A stretch of 64,000 nt of DNA, taken from contig CAWJGT010000025.1 in NCBI GenBank assembly GCA_963842525.1, forward strand, positions 477,625 to 541,624, read 5' to 3'. Positions 49,626 to 62,961 of the stretch are shown piece by piece. This stretch comes from an uncultured Holophagales bacterium. GTDB taxonomy: Bacteria > Acidobacteriota > Thermoanaerobaculia > Multivoradales > UBA5704. Within the stretch, counting starts at the first letter, position 1; each line of letters opens with the position of its first letter. The notes beneath the pieces were generated by a model, which did not search any database, was not told where the DNA came from, and was given only the letters and a program-made list of their open reading frames with translations. A program made the position numbers and the translations under genes.

Positions 49626-50906
49626 ATGAAGAGAGTTGTTTCCTCCCTCCTCGTCCTGGGCCTCGCCTCGGCGTCGACAGTCTTCGCCGACACCTACTAC
49701 GTGCCGCGCCCGTATCTCGGCGGCTTCGGCAAATCCGAGACCAAGGTCGAGACGTCCAAGGGCGGCCCCCGCCAGCTCCGAGTCACCTTCATCCCCGAGG
49801 GGCAGTCGGGCACCGGCATGAAGGCCACCGCCGCCAACGTCGACAACGACAAGGCCAACATCTTCAACGTGTCGCGCTACATGACCGGCCCCGGCCTCCT
49901 GCGGCTGGACAACAATCCGGGCCCCAACGTCCGTGTCGGCACCATCTTCCTCAGCGACAAGAGCGCCGAGCTGGCCTGGGCGACGCCGGTCCTGACGCCG
50001 AACGACCTGTTCAAGAGCGGCGAGACAGCCTACATGCAGAACCTGGCGCGGACCAACACCGGCCATTCGAACGTCGAAATTGCGAACTTCGGCTCGAGGA
50101 TCTCGAGCTGCCTGCTTCAGCTCCGCCGTGAGGGCGGCATTCCCCTGGGGGCGCCCCGGGCGATCCCGGTCAAGCCACTCTCGGTCGAGCTCGTCGAGGA
50201 CCCGCTGCTCGGAGCCATCCAGGGCGCCACGGGCACCGGCCTCTTCGCCGAGGTGAGCTGCGACGAGCCCTTCTACGCCTACGGCACCTTCCTCGATCCC
50301 GACGTCAAGAAGTTCCGCATGCTCTACCCCTTCGATACGCCGCCGGCGCCGGTCCTCGACAGCGTGGTGCTGCAGCGTCCGGGAGCCTTCTTCTCGCCCA
50401 CGGCGAGGAATTCCCACATGCTGATCGACGTGCCGTTGATCCCGGAGCAGGGCTACCGGAAGGTGGAGATCGACTTCGACATGAACATCAAGCAGTTCAC
50501 GCCGCTCTTCACCGGCGTGCTCGGCATGTTCCACATAGGCGGCGGGCGCTTCAACAAGACCCTGTACTTCGGCACCTTCATCCGCGGCCTCCGCAACAAG
50601 ACGATGGTCGACCAGGGCAGCCCGGTGCTCGAGCCCGTGCTCAGGGTGAACACCGGCTGGAAGCAGAACGCCCTGCACCACGTCAGGATCGTCTATGACG
50701 CCGAGAACGCGACCGTGCAGATGCTGGTGACCCGCGCCGGAGCCGTGGTCCTCGACACCACCGGTTCGGCCTACAACCTGGACATCGCCAACCGCGGCGG
50801 CAATCCGGTGAGGCTGAGCTTCGGCCTCCCCGGCGTGGCCGATCACGCCTACTTTCCGCCGGTCGGCTGGAAGTTCTCCGACCTGAAGGTCGTCGCCACC
50901 CGCTGA
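49626..50906 (+). CDS. Secreted hypothetical beta-rich protein
   Basis: Signal peptide (STVFA), AGGAG RBS; converges on the ECF sigma. Confidence 0.8.
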   Translation: MKRVVSSLLVLGLASASTVFADTYYVPRPYLGGFGKSETKVETSKGGPRQLRVTFIPEGQSGTGMKATAANVDNDKANIFNVSRYMTGPGLLRLDNNPGPNVRVGTIFLSDKSAELAWATPVLTPNDLFKSGETAYMQNLARTNTGHSNVEIANFGSRISSCLLQLRREGGIPLGAPRAIPVKPLSVELVEDPLLGAIQGATGTGLFAEVSCDEPFYAYGTFLDPDVKKFRMLYPFDTPPAPVLDSVVLQRPGAFFSPTARNSHMLIDVPLIPEQGYRKVEIDFDMNIKQFTPLFTGVLGMFHIGGGRFNKTLYFGTFIRGLRNKTMVDQGSPVLEPVLRVNTGWKQNALHHVRIVYDAENATVQMLVTRAGAVVLDTTGSAYNLDIANRGGNPVRLSFGLPGVADHAYFPPVGWKFSDLKVVATR

Positions 50907-50914
50907 CGTCCTTC

Positions 50915-51456
50915 TCAGCCCGGGCCGAGCTGACCGTAGAGCCAGGCCCGGGCGCTCGCCCAACGGCGGTGGACGGTGGCCTCGCCCACCCCGACCACCT
51001 CGGCCGTCTCCCGCGCGCTCAAGCCGCCGAAGAAGCGCAGCTCGACGATCCGGGCCTGCTCCGGATCGAGGGCCGCGAGCCTCTCGAGGGCCTCCTCCAG
51101 CGCCAGCAGATCGACGCCGCCTGCGGCGGGCACGTCGAGGGCTTCTTCCAGGGTGACCGTGATCATCTCGCCGCCGCGCTTGGCCGCGTCGCGAGCGCGG
51201 GCGTGGTCCACGAGGATGCGGCGCATCACCCGGGCGGCGAAGGCAAAAAAGTGAGCGCGCCCCTGCCAGCTCGCCTCCCGGCGCTCGATCAGGCGCAGAT
51301 ACAGCTCGTTGACCAGGGCCGTGGGCTGCAGGGTGTGGTTCGGCCGCTCGCGGTCGAGATAGCCGCGGGCGCGGCGCCGCAGCTCTTTTTCGACCAGCGG
51401 CATCAAGCTGTCGAGCGCCTGCCGGCCGCCCTCGTTCCAACCCAGGAGGACCCGGG

Positions 51457-51478
<22 letters not shown>
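50915..51478 (-). CDS. ECF sigma factor (kinase-associated type)
   Basis: HTLQPTALVNELYLRL, FFAFAARVMRRILVDHAR, RFFGGLS. Confidence 0.92.
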
Positions 51479-54468
<2,990 letters not shown>

Positions 54469-54611
54469 GTCCTTCCAGGATAGCCGAGCTTCCACCTGGA
54501 ATCTTGATCGAGTCCGTCCTGGTTTTCCGCCATACCTGGCAAACGGGCTCCGCCTACTTGAGGCCTGCTCAAATACACGACGCGCAGGTGACCCTGCGCG
54601 AGGAGGGAACC

Positions 54612-56255
54612 ATGTCCGATGTCTTTTCTTATTGTCTGCGCCGGCTCGCGCTGGCGGTCCTTGCCTCTGCCACTCTGGCGCAGCCCGCCGGTGCGGCCTG
54701 CCCACAGGGTTCGCGCACTTTCGCCGTCGAGCCGGGGCGCGCCGAGATCCGCATCCCCAACGCCACGCTCCTCTTCGGGCTGAACGGCTGGGAGATCCAG
54801 GAGGTCGTGCCGCCGGCCCACGGCTCGCTGGAGGAGGAGAGCGGCCAGTACCTGTATCGCCCTCAGCCATCCTTCTGGACCGCGGGGTTCGACAGCTTCC
54901 TCCTCCGCTTGCGATCTACAGACCGCGGGAGGGGGAGCCGCACCGAAAGCGTGCTTCTGCTGCCGGCTCCGCGGGTGGTCTCCCGCCTCCGCCAGGACTT
55001 CGAGAGCGGCACTCCGCCTTGGGATGCAGCCGGGGAGGCGGACAACCTCGAAGTGTTCTCCGAAGGGACCCTCTCCGGCGAGCACAGCTTGCGCGTCCAC
55101 GGCGTCCCCGGAGAGTCTTCCTGGCTCACCGCCCAGCTCAACGAGGGCGGCGGCGGCCAGCAGGGATCGGGCGCGCAGGCAACCTTGCGCCCTCCGGGCT
55201 CCGGCGGCCCCGGCGGATACCCCATCCCGGGCCCGGATCCAGGGAGCCCGGCCCAGGTCGTGGTCCTGGCTCTCGGCCCGGACACGAACGCCGGGCACAA
55301 GGTCTTCCTGCAAGATGACGGCGAGACTCTGGCGCTCCAGCTCGCCACCCATACAGACGCCACGCCCTGGGTCAGGATCTCCCGGAACCCCCACCGCATC
55401 CAGACCGTCCAGTGGGCCGGCTCCGACGACGGCAGCCGCCGGTCCGGCGCCTCCCTATGGATCGACGGCGCTCTGGCCGCCGGCCTGGAAGAGACCTTCG
55501 GCGCCATCGCGGACCCGGCCGTGCAACGCCTCGCGGCGGGAGTGGTCGAAATCGGCGGTGTGAGCTCGCTGGCGCTGGAGCTCGACGACCTCACCTTCTC
55601 CCACTTCGAGATGGCCGCCGGATCGGCCTGCCAACTGGCCGACGGCTTCGACGCCGGGCAGCCCGATCCCGCCTGGATCAACGGCAGCGGCTTCGCCGTC
55701 ACTGCCGCGGCCGCCCTCCAGGGAGAAGGAGGCCTTGAGGCGCCCCTGGGCTCCAGCGTTGCAGCCAGCCTGCTCAGGGCGCCCCTGCCGGCGCAGGACG
55801 ACCGACTGGGTGTCCGCTTCCGGTTCGATCCCAACGGGATTTCTCTCGCGGCCGGCAGCCGGGTCCACCTGCTCCGGGCGGTCACGGCGGCCGGAGGCAA
55901 CGTCTTCTCCGTCGTGCTGGCCCCGGCGGCTTCGGGCTCGGGCTATGTCCTGACCCTGAGCGAGGATTCCGCGGGCACCTGGACCCCGGCTGCGATCCCC
56001 ATCGCGGACCTCCCGCTGGAGATCACGCTGGACTGGCAGCGCTCCGCCAGCTCCAACGTGGCGCTGGGCACCCTCCGCGTGTGGCTCGACGGCAAGCCCA
56101 AGGCGGATCTGACCGGCCTCGCCAACGCCGGCCTGGAGATCGCCGAGATCCAGTTGGGAGCCCATGTCTTCTCTGCCTGGGGCGGCGAGTCTCCGGCGCT
56201 TCTCGGCACCGTCTACTTTGATGACTTCGCGGTCGTCAGGGGGCCGCAGCACTGA
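54612..56255 (+). CDS. Secreted protein with an Ig/cadherin-like domain and two beta-sandwich (DFE/DGFD-initiated) domains, paralog A
   Basis: Signal peptide, PAHGSL..YLYRP, QDFESG, ADGFD, VYFDDF. Confidence 0.75.
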   Translation: MSDVFSYCLRRLALAVLASATLAQPAGAACPQGSRTFAVEPGRAEIRIPNATLLFGLNGWEIQEVVPPAHGSLEEESGQYLYRPQPSFWTAGFDSFLLRLRSTDRGRGSRTESVLLLPAPRVVSRLRQDFESGTPPWDAAGEADNLEVFSEGTLSGEHSLRVHGVPGESSWLTAQLNEGGGGQQGSGAQATLRPPGSGGPGGYPIPGPDPGSPAQVVVLALGPDTNAGHKVFLQDDGETLALQLATHTDATPWVRISRNPHRIQTVQWAGSDDGSRRSGASLWIDGALAAGLEETFGAIADPAVQRLAAGVVEIGGVSSLALELDDLTFSHFEMAAGSACQLADGFDAGQPDPAWINGSGFAVTAAAALQGEGGLEAPLGSSVAASLLRAPLPAQDDRLGVRFRFDPNGISLAAGSRVHLLRAVTAAGGNVFSVVLAPAASGSGYVLTLSEDSAGTWTPAAIPIADLPLEITLDWQRSASSNVALGTLRVWLDGKPKADLTGLANAGLEIAEIQLGAHVFSAWGGESPALLGTVYFDDFAVVRGPQH

Positions 56256-56298
56256 TCTACACAATGACGCGCAGGAGCTCCTGCGCGAGGAGGGAATC

Positions 56299-57937
56299 AT
56301 GTTCGATATCCTTTGTTTGCTACGCCGGCTCGTTCTGGCAGCCCTTGCCGCGGCCGTCGTGACGCCGGCCGCCAATGCGGCCTGCCCGCCGCCTTCACGC
56401 ACCGTCGTCGTCGAGCCTGGACGCGCCGAGGTCCACATCCCCAAGGCCGGTCTCCTCGCAGGGCTGAACGGCTGGGAGATCAGCGACTTCGCACCGCCGG
56501 CCCACGGCTCGCTCGAAGAGTGGAGCGGCCACTACCTGTATCATCCCGGGCCGTCCTTCTGGGCCGCAGGATTCGACAGCTTCCTCCTGCGGTTGCGGTC
56601 CACGGAGCGCGCGAGGGGGAGCCGCACCGAAACCGTGCATCTGCTGCCGGCTGCACAGGTGGCCGTCCGCCTCCGGCAGGACTTCGAAAGCAGCACTCCA
56701 CCCTGGACCGCAGCGGGGCAGGCCGACAACCTCGAAGTCTTCACCGCAGAGAGTCTTTCGGGCGAGCGCAGCTTGCGCGTCTACGGCGTCCCGGGGCAGT
56801 CGTCCTGGCTCACCGCCCAGCTCCCTGATCATGGCGGTGGCCAGCAGGGATCGGGCGCACAGGCGACCCTGCGCCCGCCGGGCGCAGGTGGCCCCCCGGG
56901 AGCCCCCGGCCAGGTGCCTGATCCGGAGAATCCGGCCGATGTGAAGATTCTGGCTCTCGCGACGGGCACGCAAGCCGAGCACGAGGTCTGGTTGCACGAC
57001 GACGGCGAGGAGCTTTCTCTCCGCCTCGCAAACCTCACGAGCTCTACTCCCTGGATCAGGATCTCCCGCATCCCCCATCGCATCCAGGCCCTCCAGTGGA
57101 TCGACTCTGACGACGGCCGCCAGGCCGGCTCTTCCCTGTGGATCGACGGTGCCCGGGCTGTCGTCCTGGAGGAGCCTTTCGGCACTGTCATGGACTACGC
57201 CGCGCAGCGGCTCCAGGCAGGCGTGGTCGAAGCTCGGCAGCGAGAGCTCCCTGGACGTGGACCTCGACGACCTCGTCTTCTTCAACTTCAAGATGGCCGC
57301 CGGATCGACATGCCTGCTGGCCGACGGCTTCGACGTCGGCCAGCCCGACTCCCTCTGGGTCAACGGCAGCAGCTTCACTGTCACGGCCGCGGCCGCCCTC
57401 CAGGGGGAGGGGGGCCTCGCGGCGCCCCTTGGCTCCGACATTGCGGACAGCATGCTGACGGCTGTCCTGCCGGCGCAGGACGACCGGCTGGGTGTCCGCT
57501 TCCGGTTCAACCCCAACGGAGTTGCTCTCGCGGCCAACAGCCGGGCCCATCTGCTCCGGGCGGTCACGGCGACGGGAGGCAACGTCTTTTCCGTCGTGCT
57601 GGCTCCGGCGGCCTCGGGCTATGTCCTGACCGTGCTCGAGGGCTCCGCGGGCACCCAGTTCTGGATCCCGGCCGCGATCCCCATCGAGAACCTTCCGCAG
57701 GAGATCACACTGGACTGGCAGCGCTCCGCCAGCTCCAACGTGGCGCTGGGTGCTCTCCGCTTGTGGATCGACGGCAAGCCCAAGGTGGAGCTGACCGGCC
57801 TCGCCAATGCCGGCCTGGAGGTCGCCGACATCCAGTTGGGAGCCCATGTCTTCTCTGCCTGGGGCGGCGAGCCTCCGGCGCTTCTCGGCACCGTCTACCT
57901 GGATGACTTCGCAGTCGTCAGGGGTCCGCACCCCTGA
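56299..57937 (+). CDS. Tandem paralog B of 54612-56255 (frameshift near 57235)
   Basis: Colinear similarity to paralog A over the full length. Confidence 0.75.
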
Positions 57938-58173
57938 GGGCCCGGCGATGAATCGACGGGCTAGGAACGGCGCCCCATCAATGGGGCTTTGAAGCCGGGT
58001 TCACCCGGCGCTGTTCCTAGCCCGGGCATTTATGTCCGGGCAGTCTTGCGGTCCGGCAGGTGGTCCGAAAAGAGATGTCGGGTGGCGGACCTGGCACGAG
58101 GCGCCACCCCGCCAAAAAGGCGCCCGGCAAGACCCCGGAGCGGAGAGCTGCGGCGGCGCGTCCAGCGTCCTGA

Positions 58174-58235
58174 GGTGAACGCTGCTGCGGCTCAGCGCGC
58201 GGCGTCAGCCGTCCGCTGGAGCCGCTTGGTTGGCC
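58174..58235 (-). other. Integron attC site
   Basis: Minus strand GGCCAAC-CAAGCGGCTC-C-AGCGGACGGCTGACGCCGCGCGCT-GAGCCGC-AGCAGC-GTTCACC; 30-bp core identical to the 15578 site. Confidence 0.8.
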
Positions 58236-58385
58236 GAACCAAGGTTTCGTGCTCGCATATATGGCTATGGCTCCACCGCGCTGCTTTTTGATTATACAAC
58301 GGACCTGCCGGCTGGCGAAGAGACCGGCCCCCGACAGGAGTCAGACCGAGTGTCTTGGATCGAGTATATCAACCGGGGCGTGCCT

Positions 58386-59531
58386 TTACGATGACGCCAC
58401 GCGGACGAACGCCCTCAACGACTCGGCGGTCCCCCCCTCGACGAGGCTCGTGTCGTCGTCGGCTCGCGTCGGCTCTGCGAGGAATGTGCGGATCTCGGCG
58501 CTCCTGGGGTACGCGAGCCGCCGCGCGCGCATCACGTTGCCCAGCGGCCGATGGGCCTTGAGGCCGTGCCAGGGAAAGAAGGAAAGCTGGTCTACGATCC
58601 CGTTCAATTCCATCCCCTGGGCTGACTCGATGTCGCATCTCGGGATCCGAAGTTCGGCCACCTTGTGCATCGGGGAGATGTTCTCCGCCCATTCGACGGA
58701 CGTATCCTCGATCGGAGTGTGCTCAGCATCGACGAAAAACTGCACAGAAAAATCGAAGTGGACATCGCCCGAGAGTAAACGAGCGGCAAGTTCGCGGCGG
58801 AGATAGTTGTCATCGCCGTCGTGAGGGTCGGCCGTGACGTCGGAGGGCGGATGAATCAGAAACTTGATCGCAAATTTGCCGCACTGGATGGGAGCCGTAC
58901 TGGAATAACGCTCGGTCGCCATGCTATCGACGCGAGGTAAGACCACGTCCGTGGTGAGTCGAGCCGCGAGGCGGGCGGCCTCGATCGGGTGCCGGACCAC
59001 CGTGCTGATCCTGCTGAGCAGGCTGGCGCCGCCGTCGCCCTCCGTGACTTCCAGCACATCGAAGAATTCCACGACATCGCGCACGATCGATGTGAGGGAA
59101 TGGCTGGTCGCCAGGAGGTCTTGGGTCGTCGCATGTTTCGCCTCTTCGAGCCGATCATCCGGGCCGCCGGGGATGCCGACGAGTTTGAGGGCGATGCCGC
59201 GCGGCTGCGGCTTCGGGTCCGGTTGCAGATCGGACTGGCCGTTGGAGAACCGTACGAACGCCGGGTAAATGGCTGGCTTAGCAAACACGCCGAACTTAGC
59301 CGCCTCGGGCAGATCCGGTAGCACCTTGAACTCTCCCATCACCCCCGCGTGAATCTTCGCATGAAAGCCTCGTCGGGGTTTGTCCTTCGCTCTCTCTGCC
59401 TTCTCGTTGATGCGATCGGTGATCCTCTGGACAATCCTCGCGAATTGTTCCTCCTCGTTTTCAAGCGGAACTTCGGCAGATTTCCATTCTTGACTGGGTT
59501 CGTGTAAGGCCATGAGGGGAAACCTCCGCAT
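58386..59531 (-). CDS. Catalase-like heme protein in a gene cassette
   Basis: RRGFHAK, VRFSNG, PRGIALKL, TPIED..VEW, LSFFPWH..HRPLGNVMRARRLAY. Confidence 0.85.
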   Translation of the reverse strand: MRRFPLMALHEPSQEWKSAEVPLENEEEQFARIVQRITDRINEKAERAKDKPRRGFHAKIHAGVMGEFKVLPDLPEAAKFGVFAKPAIYPAFVRFSNGQSDLQPDPKPQPRGIALKLVGIPGGPDDRLEEAKHATTQDLLATSHSLTSIVRDVVEFFDVLEVTEGDGGASLLSRISTVVRHPIEAARLAARLTTDVVLPRVDSMATERYSSTAPIQCGKFAIKFLIHPPSDVTADPHDGDDNYLRRELAARLLSGDVHFDFSVQFFVDAEHTPIEDTSVEWAENISPMHKVAELRIPRCDIESAQGMELNGIVDQLSFFPWHGLKAHRPLGNVMRARRLAYPRSAEIRTFLAEPTRADDDTSLVEGGTAESLRAFVRVASS

Positions 59532-59933
59532 GAAGATAATTCTGGGTTATGTCATCGACATGCTGCTCGCTCCGCCCAACGTGTAAGCGTCTATCCGGGG
59601 TCCTCCCACAACACAGCTCCGGAGTCCACCGCCTGCTCAGGGGAGGACCGCGGATAGACGCCGGTTGAGCGAAACCGCGGGGGAGTCCGACCTGCCGGGC
59701 TATGGCAAATCAATTCGCAGGCGAAAGCCGCGCCTCGACCGCCCACACCTCCGGGAAAGCCCCGCGATGCGATGCTGGCGGTACCGGAATGCCTCGTCCT
59801 GGAGTTGGTGGCCGGCCAAGGGCTCCTCCCACAGCGATTTCGTTTGCACCATTGTACCGCAGAATCGCGGGAGGATACACCTCCTCCAATACTCTCTGGG
59901 AGAGTCGCAACGCCACAGGGACCTGCGCAGGTC

Positions 59934-61130
59934 TCACGGCGGCGACCTCCCAGGCCGGGCCGCCGAGCAAGCGGGAGGCAATTCCTCGACCCGCCGCAGG
60001 TGGCCCCGCCCGCACTGTGGACAAAGGGTCGGATCCTTGCCTGTCAGCCGGACCAGCCTGGCTTGCCAGCCCTCGCCGGCCGGTGGCTCGGCAACTGACA
60101 GCTCCGACGGAGGGGCACCGAGCAACTCGCGGCACCGGGCCAGGTTGCCCGCACGTTGGCGGTTGGACAACAGGCCGTAGTAGCGGATGCGCACGAAGCG
60201 CTCAGGAAGCACGTGCAGCAGGAAGCGGCGGATGAACTCATCCACCGGCAGCGTCATTTCTCGCACCCGGCCGCCCTGGGTATAGTCCTTGTAGGTGAAG
60301 GTGACTTGGTCATCTTTCAGACGGAGGAGGCGATGATTGGAGATCGCCACCCGGTGAGTGTAGCGGGCCAGATAGGCCAGCACCTGCTCCGGGCCTGCGA
60401 AGGGGGGTTTGCTGTAAACCACCCAGGTCTTGCGGTAGAGCCGGTCGAGCAGGTTCTGGAAGGTGAACGGATCGCGCAGAGTCTCTGGTAGGCGCAACTG
60501 GCCGGACTTCCAGGCCGCCTTGACCTGGGCCAGAAACTTGCCGCGGAACAGCCGCGACAACACCTGGACCGGCAGGAAGTAGTTGGGCCGGCTGGCGATC
60601 CACCTCTGCCCGTCCGGCGACAGGCCTCCTCCCGGTACGATGCAATGCAGATGCGGATGCAGCAGCAGCGTCTGGCTCCAGGTGTGCAGCACTGCCAGCA
60701 CCCCGATGCGCGCTCCGAGGTGCTTGGCATCGGCAGCGATCTCCAGCAGCGCCTTGGCGGCACAGTCGAAGAGCAGGTCGTAAAACCACTTGGGGTTGGC
60801 AAGCGCCAGGGGGTTGAGCTCTTCTGGAACTGTGAATACGACATGGAAGTACGGCACCGGCAGCAACTCGCCACAGCGCTGCTCCAACCAGAGATCCCTG
60901 TCCAGGCCCTGGCATTTCGGGCAGTGTCGGTTGCGACAGGAGTTGTAGCTGATTGTGCGTACACCGCACTGGTCACACTCGTCCACATGCCCGCCCAGAG
61001 AGGCGGTGCGGCAGATCTCGATGGCCCGCATGGCCCGCAACTGCGGCCGGGAGAGTCGGTGTCCTTGCCGATACTCCTCACCATAGAGACGGAAGATGTG
61101 GGCCACCTCCAAGCGGGAGGTGCCCGACAC
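59934..61130 (-). CDS. IS91 family transposase
   Basis: YNSCRNRHCPKCQ, YFHVVFT, HPHLH (HUH), YLARY (Y2), RIRYYG. Confidence 0.95.
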   Translation of the reverse strand: MSGTSRLEVAHIFRLYGEEYRQGHRLSRPQLRAMRAIEICRTASLGGHVDECDQCGVRTISYNSCRNRHCPKCQGLDRDLWLEQRCGELLPVPYFHVVFTVPEELNPLALANPKWFYDLLFDCAAKALLEIAADAKHLGARIGVLAVLHTWSQTLLLHPHLHCIVPGGGLSPDGQRWIASRPNYFLPVQVLSRLFRGKFLAQVKAAWKSGQLRLPETLRDPFTFQNLLDRLYRKTWVVYSKPPFAGPEQVLAYLARYTHRVAISNHRLLRLKDDQVTFTYKDYTQGGRVREMTLPVDEFIRRFLLHVLPERFVRIRYYGLLSNRQRAGNLARCRELLGAPPSELSVAEPPAGEGWQARLVRLTGKDPTLCPQCGRGHLRRVEELPPACSAARPGRSPP

Positions 61131-61139
61131 GGCACCGTC

Positions 61140-61994
61140 CTATGTCAACTCGCGAGGTCTCCAGTCCAGCCGGTCCAAGGGACTGATCACCTTGCTCAGC
61201 GCTCGCGGACTGACCCGCGTATACAGCATCGTGGTGCGCACGCTGCGATGCCCGAGAAGCTCCTGGATATACGGTACCTCCGTGCCACGCTCCAAAAGAT
61301 GGGTGGCGAAGCTATGCCTCAGCGTGTGGGTGCTGACTCCCTGGCGCAGGCCAGCTTTTTCACTGAGCCGACGCACCATCCGCTGGACAGTCCGTTCATT
61401 GAGTGGCCGCTGCGGCGTCTCGCCATAAAACAGCCAAACCTCGGGCCTGTACTGCAGGAAGTAGCGTCGCAGTACTTCCAGCAGAGTCCGCGACAGCACG
61501 ACGTTGCGATCCTTGGAACCCTTGCCCTGACGAACTCGAATCTGCATCTTCGTGCTGTCGATGTCTTTAACCTGCAGGTGCAGCAATTCGCCCAGGCGCA
61601 GGCCCGCCGAATACAGCGTCATCAGGATCGCCTGCTCCCGCAGGTCCTCGGCCGCCTCCAACAACCGCCTCACCTCCGGCTCGCTCAAAACCGTTGGCAA
61701 CTTCCTCTTTTGCCGGGGAAAGCGTAGATTCTCCACCTCGCAGGGCCGATGCAGCACCTGGCTGTAGAAAAACTTCAAAGCGCACAAGGCCTGAACCAAC
61801 GACGACCGCGCCAGCTTACGATTTTCGAGAAGATCGACCAGGTAGGCGCGAACCTCTTCAGCTCCCATCTGCTCGGGCGGCCGACGATAGTGCGCGGCAA
61901 ACTGGCGTACCCAGTGGATGTACGCCTCATGTGTGCGCGGGCTGTAGCCCCGCAGCTTCAACTCCTCTTCCATCCGTCGACGCATCTCTGTCAT
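61140..61994 (-). CDS. Tyrosine recombinase (integron-integrase-related, without the IntI insertion)
   Basis: LRGYSPRT..AY, YSAGLR, GKGSKDR, HTLRHSFATH, LGH..TTMLY. Confidence 0.93.
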   Translation of the reverse strand: MTEMRRRMEEELKLRGYSPRTHEAYIHWVRQFAAHYRRPPEQMGAEEVRAYLVDLLENRKLARSSLVQALCALKFFYSQVLHRPCEVENLRFPRQKRKLPTVLSEPEVRRLLEAAEDLREQAILMTLYSAGLRLGELLHLQVKDIDSTKMQIRVRQGKGSKDRNVVLSRTLLEVLRRYFLQYRPEVWLFYGETPQRPLNERTVQRMVRRLSEKAGLRQGVSTHTLRHSFATHLLERGTEVPYIQELLGHRSVRTTMLYTRVSPRALSKVISPLDRLDWRPRELT

Positions 61995-62304
61995 GGGGTC
62001 CTCCTTTCGGGAAAGTACAGCCCGAAAGGTAGACCGATCAGAAACGTTTGTCGTCTTGGAGAAGAAATCGGCTAAAAAAAGCGAAATTCGGCTCGGAGGG
62101 CACCGCCGCGTAGCGGTTTAGTTCAACCGCCCAGCTGAGCGGCTGCAAAGGGCTTCTACGCCACGTATAAGCGCCTCAACCCTCTCGCTCTTCCGGCGCT
62201 AACATCCTGTCGGTCCTCAACTTAGAAAAGCATACTCCCCTGCGTCGGGTGAGTCAACGCGACCAGAGAAGGAGAATAAGAGCGCCTAACAAAACCAGTG
62301 ACAA

Positions 62305-62667
62305 GCCGGCCCAACGGGCCGGGAGACCTTAGCCCAGGGCTGCGGCCGAAGGCCGACGCCTGGGTGAACGGGCGCCACCTCTGGCGGCCTGAAAGGCCGC
62401 GAGAGCGAGAGCCCAGGCTTGACAGATTCGTAGAAGGAGTTCGGGCCTACATCCGTAACCAACGTGAGCGTCACCGTGTCAAGTCGTTTCAAGAGGAGCC
62501 CGTGCGTTCCTCAAGGTCCTGTGAGGTCGAGCTTGACGAACGCTACGTCTGGGATTGAGAGCCTCGCGGTCTTTCAGACCGCAGAGTTGTGGGGGCTTGT
62601 TGACCCAGGGCATCGGCCTTCGACCTCAGATGCCCTGGGCTAGAATCTCCCGGCCCGTTAGGCCGGT
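62305..62667. mobile_element. Remnant of an IS200/RAYT-type Y1 transposase between long inverted REP-like repeats
   Basis: VRAYIRNQ..H..KSFQEE...DERYVWD fragment; about 95-bp inverted flanks with internal hairpins. Confidence 0.7.
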
Positions 62668-62961
62668 TTGTAGGCGCTTAAGGCACCCCGCGGGCTGCTT
62701 GGACGTCGAGGATCGACGGATAAAACCGCCCGAGGCGTCTTGAGAAAAGGGGATCTATCTCTATGTGTCTCTATCGCTTCCGTCCTGCCGGACGATTTTA
62801 TGGAGGGCGGCCTTCTACGCTGTGATATGTACTCCCTCGGCGTCGCATCAGATCCGAGCGGGCTGGCGAGCCGGCATTCCCCGCACTCTTCCTTGTAGGG
62901 CCGGTCCCGTGGTTCCCTGGAGGGAACCGCCGCGGTCGCCGCGCCCGGAAAGGAGCTGATC

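Larger units (their letters stand above)
59581..62127 (-). mobile_element. IS91-like element (tyrosine recombinase + Y2 transposase) inserted at the GTTG of an attC R' box
   Basis: Minus strand ...GCCGCTCAGCTGGGCG|GTTGAACTAAACCGC...GACGCTTACAC|GTTGGGC; large hairpin at about 59587-59661. Confidence 0.8.

Noticed and set aside
61140-61994. Integron integrase (intI) for the attC sites
   Set aside because: Only 284 aa, lacks the IntI-specific insertion and is coupled to an IS91 transposase, so it is called as the element's recombinase
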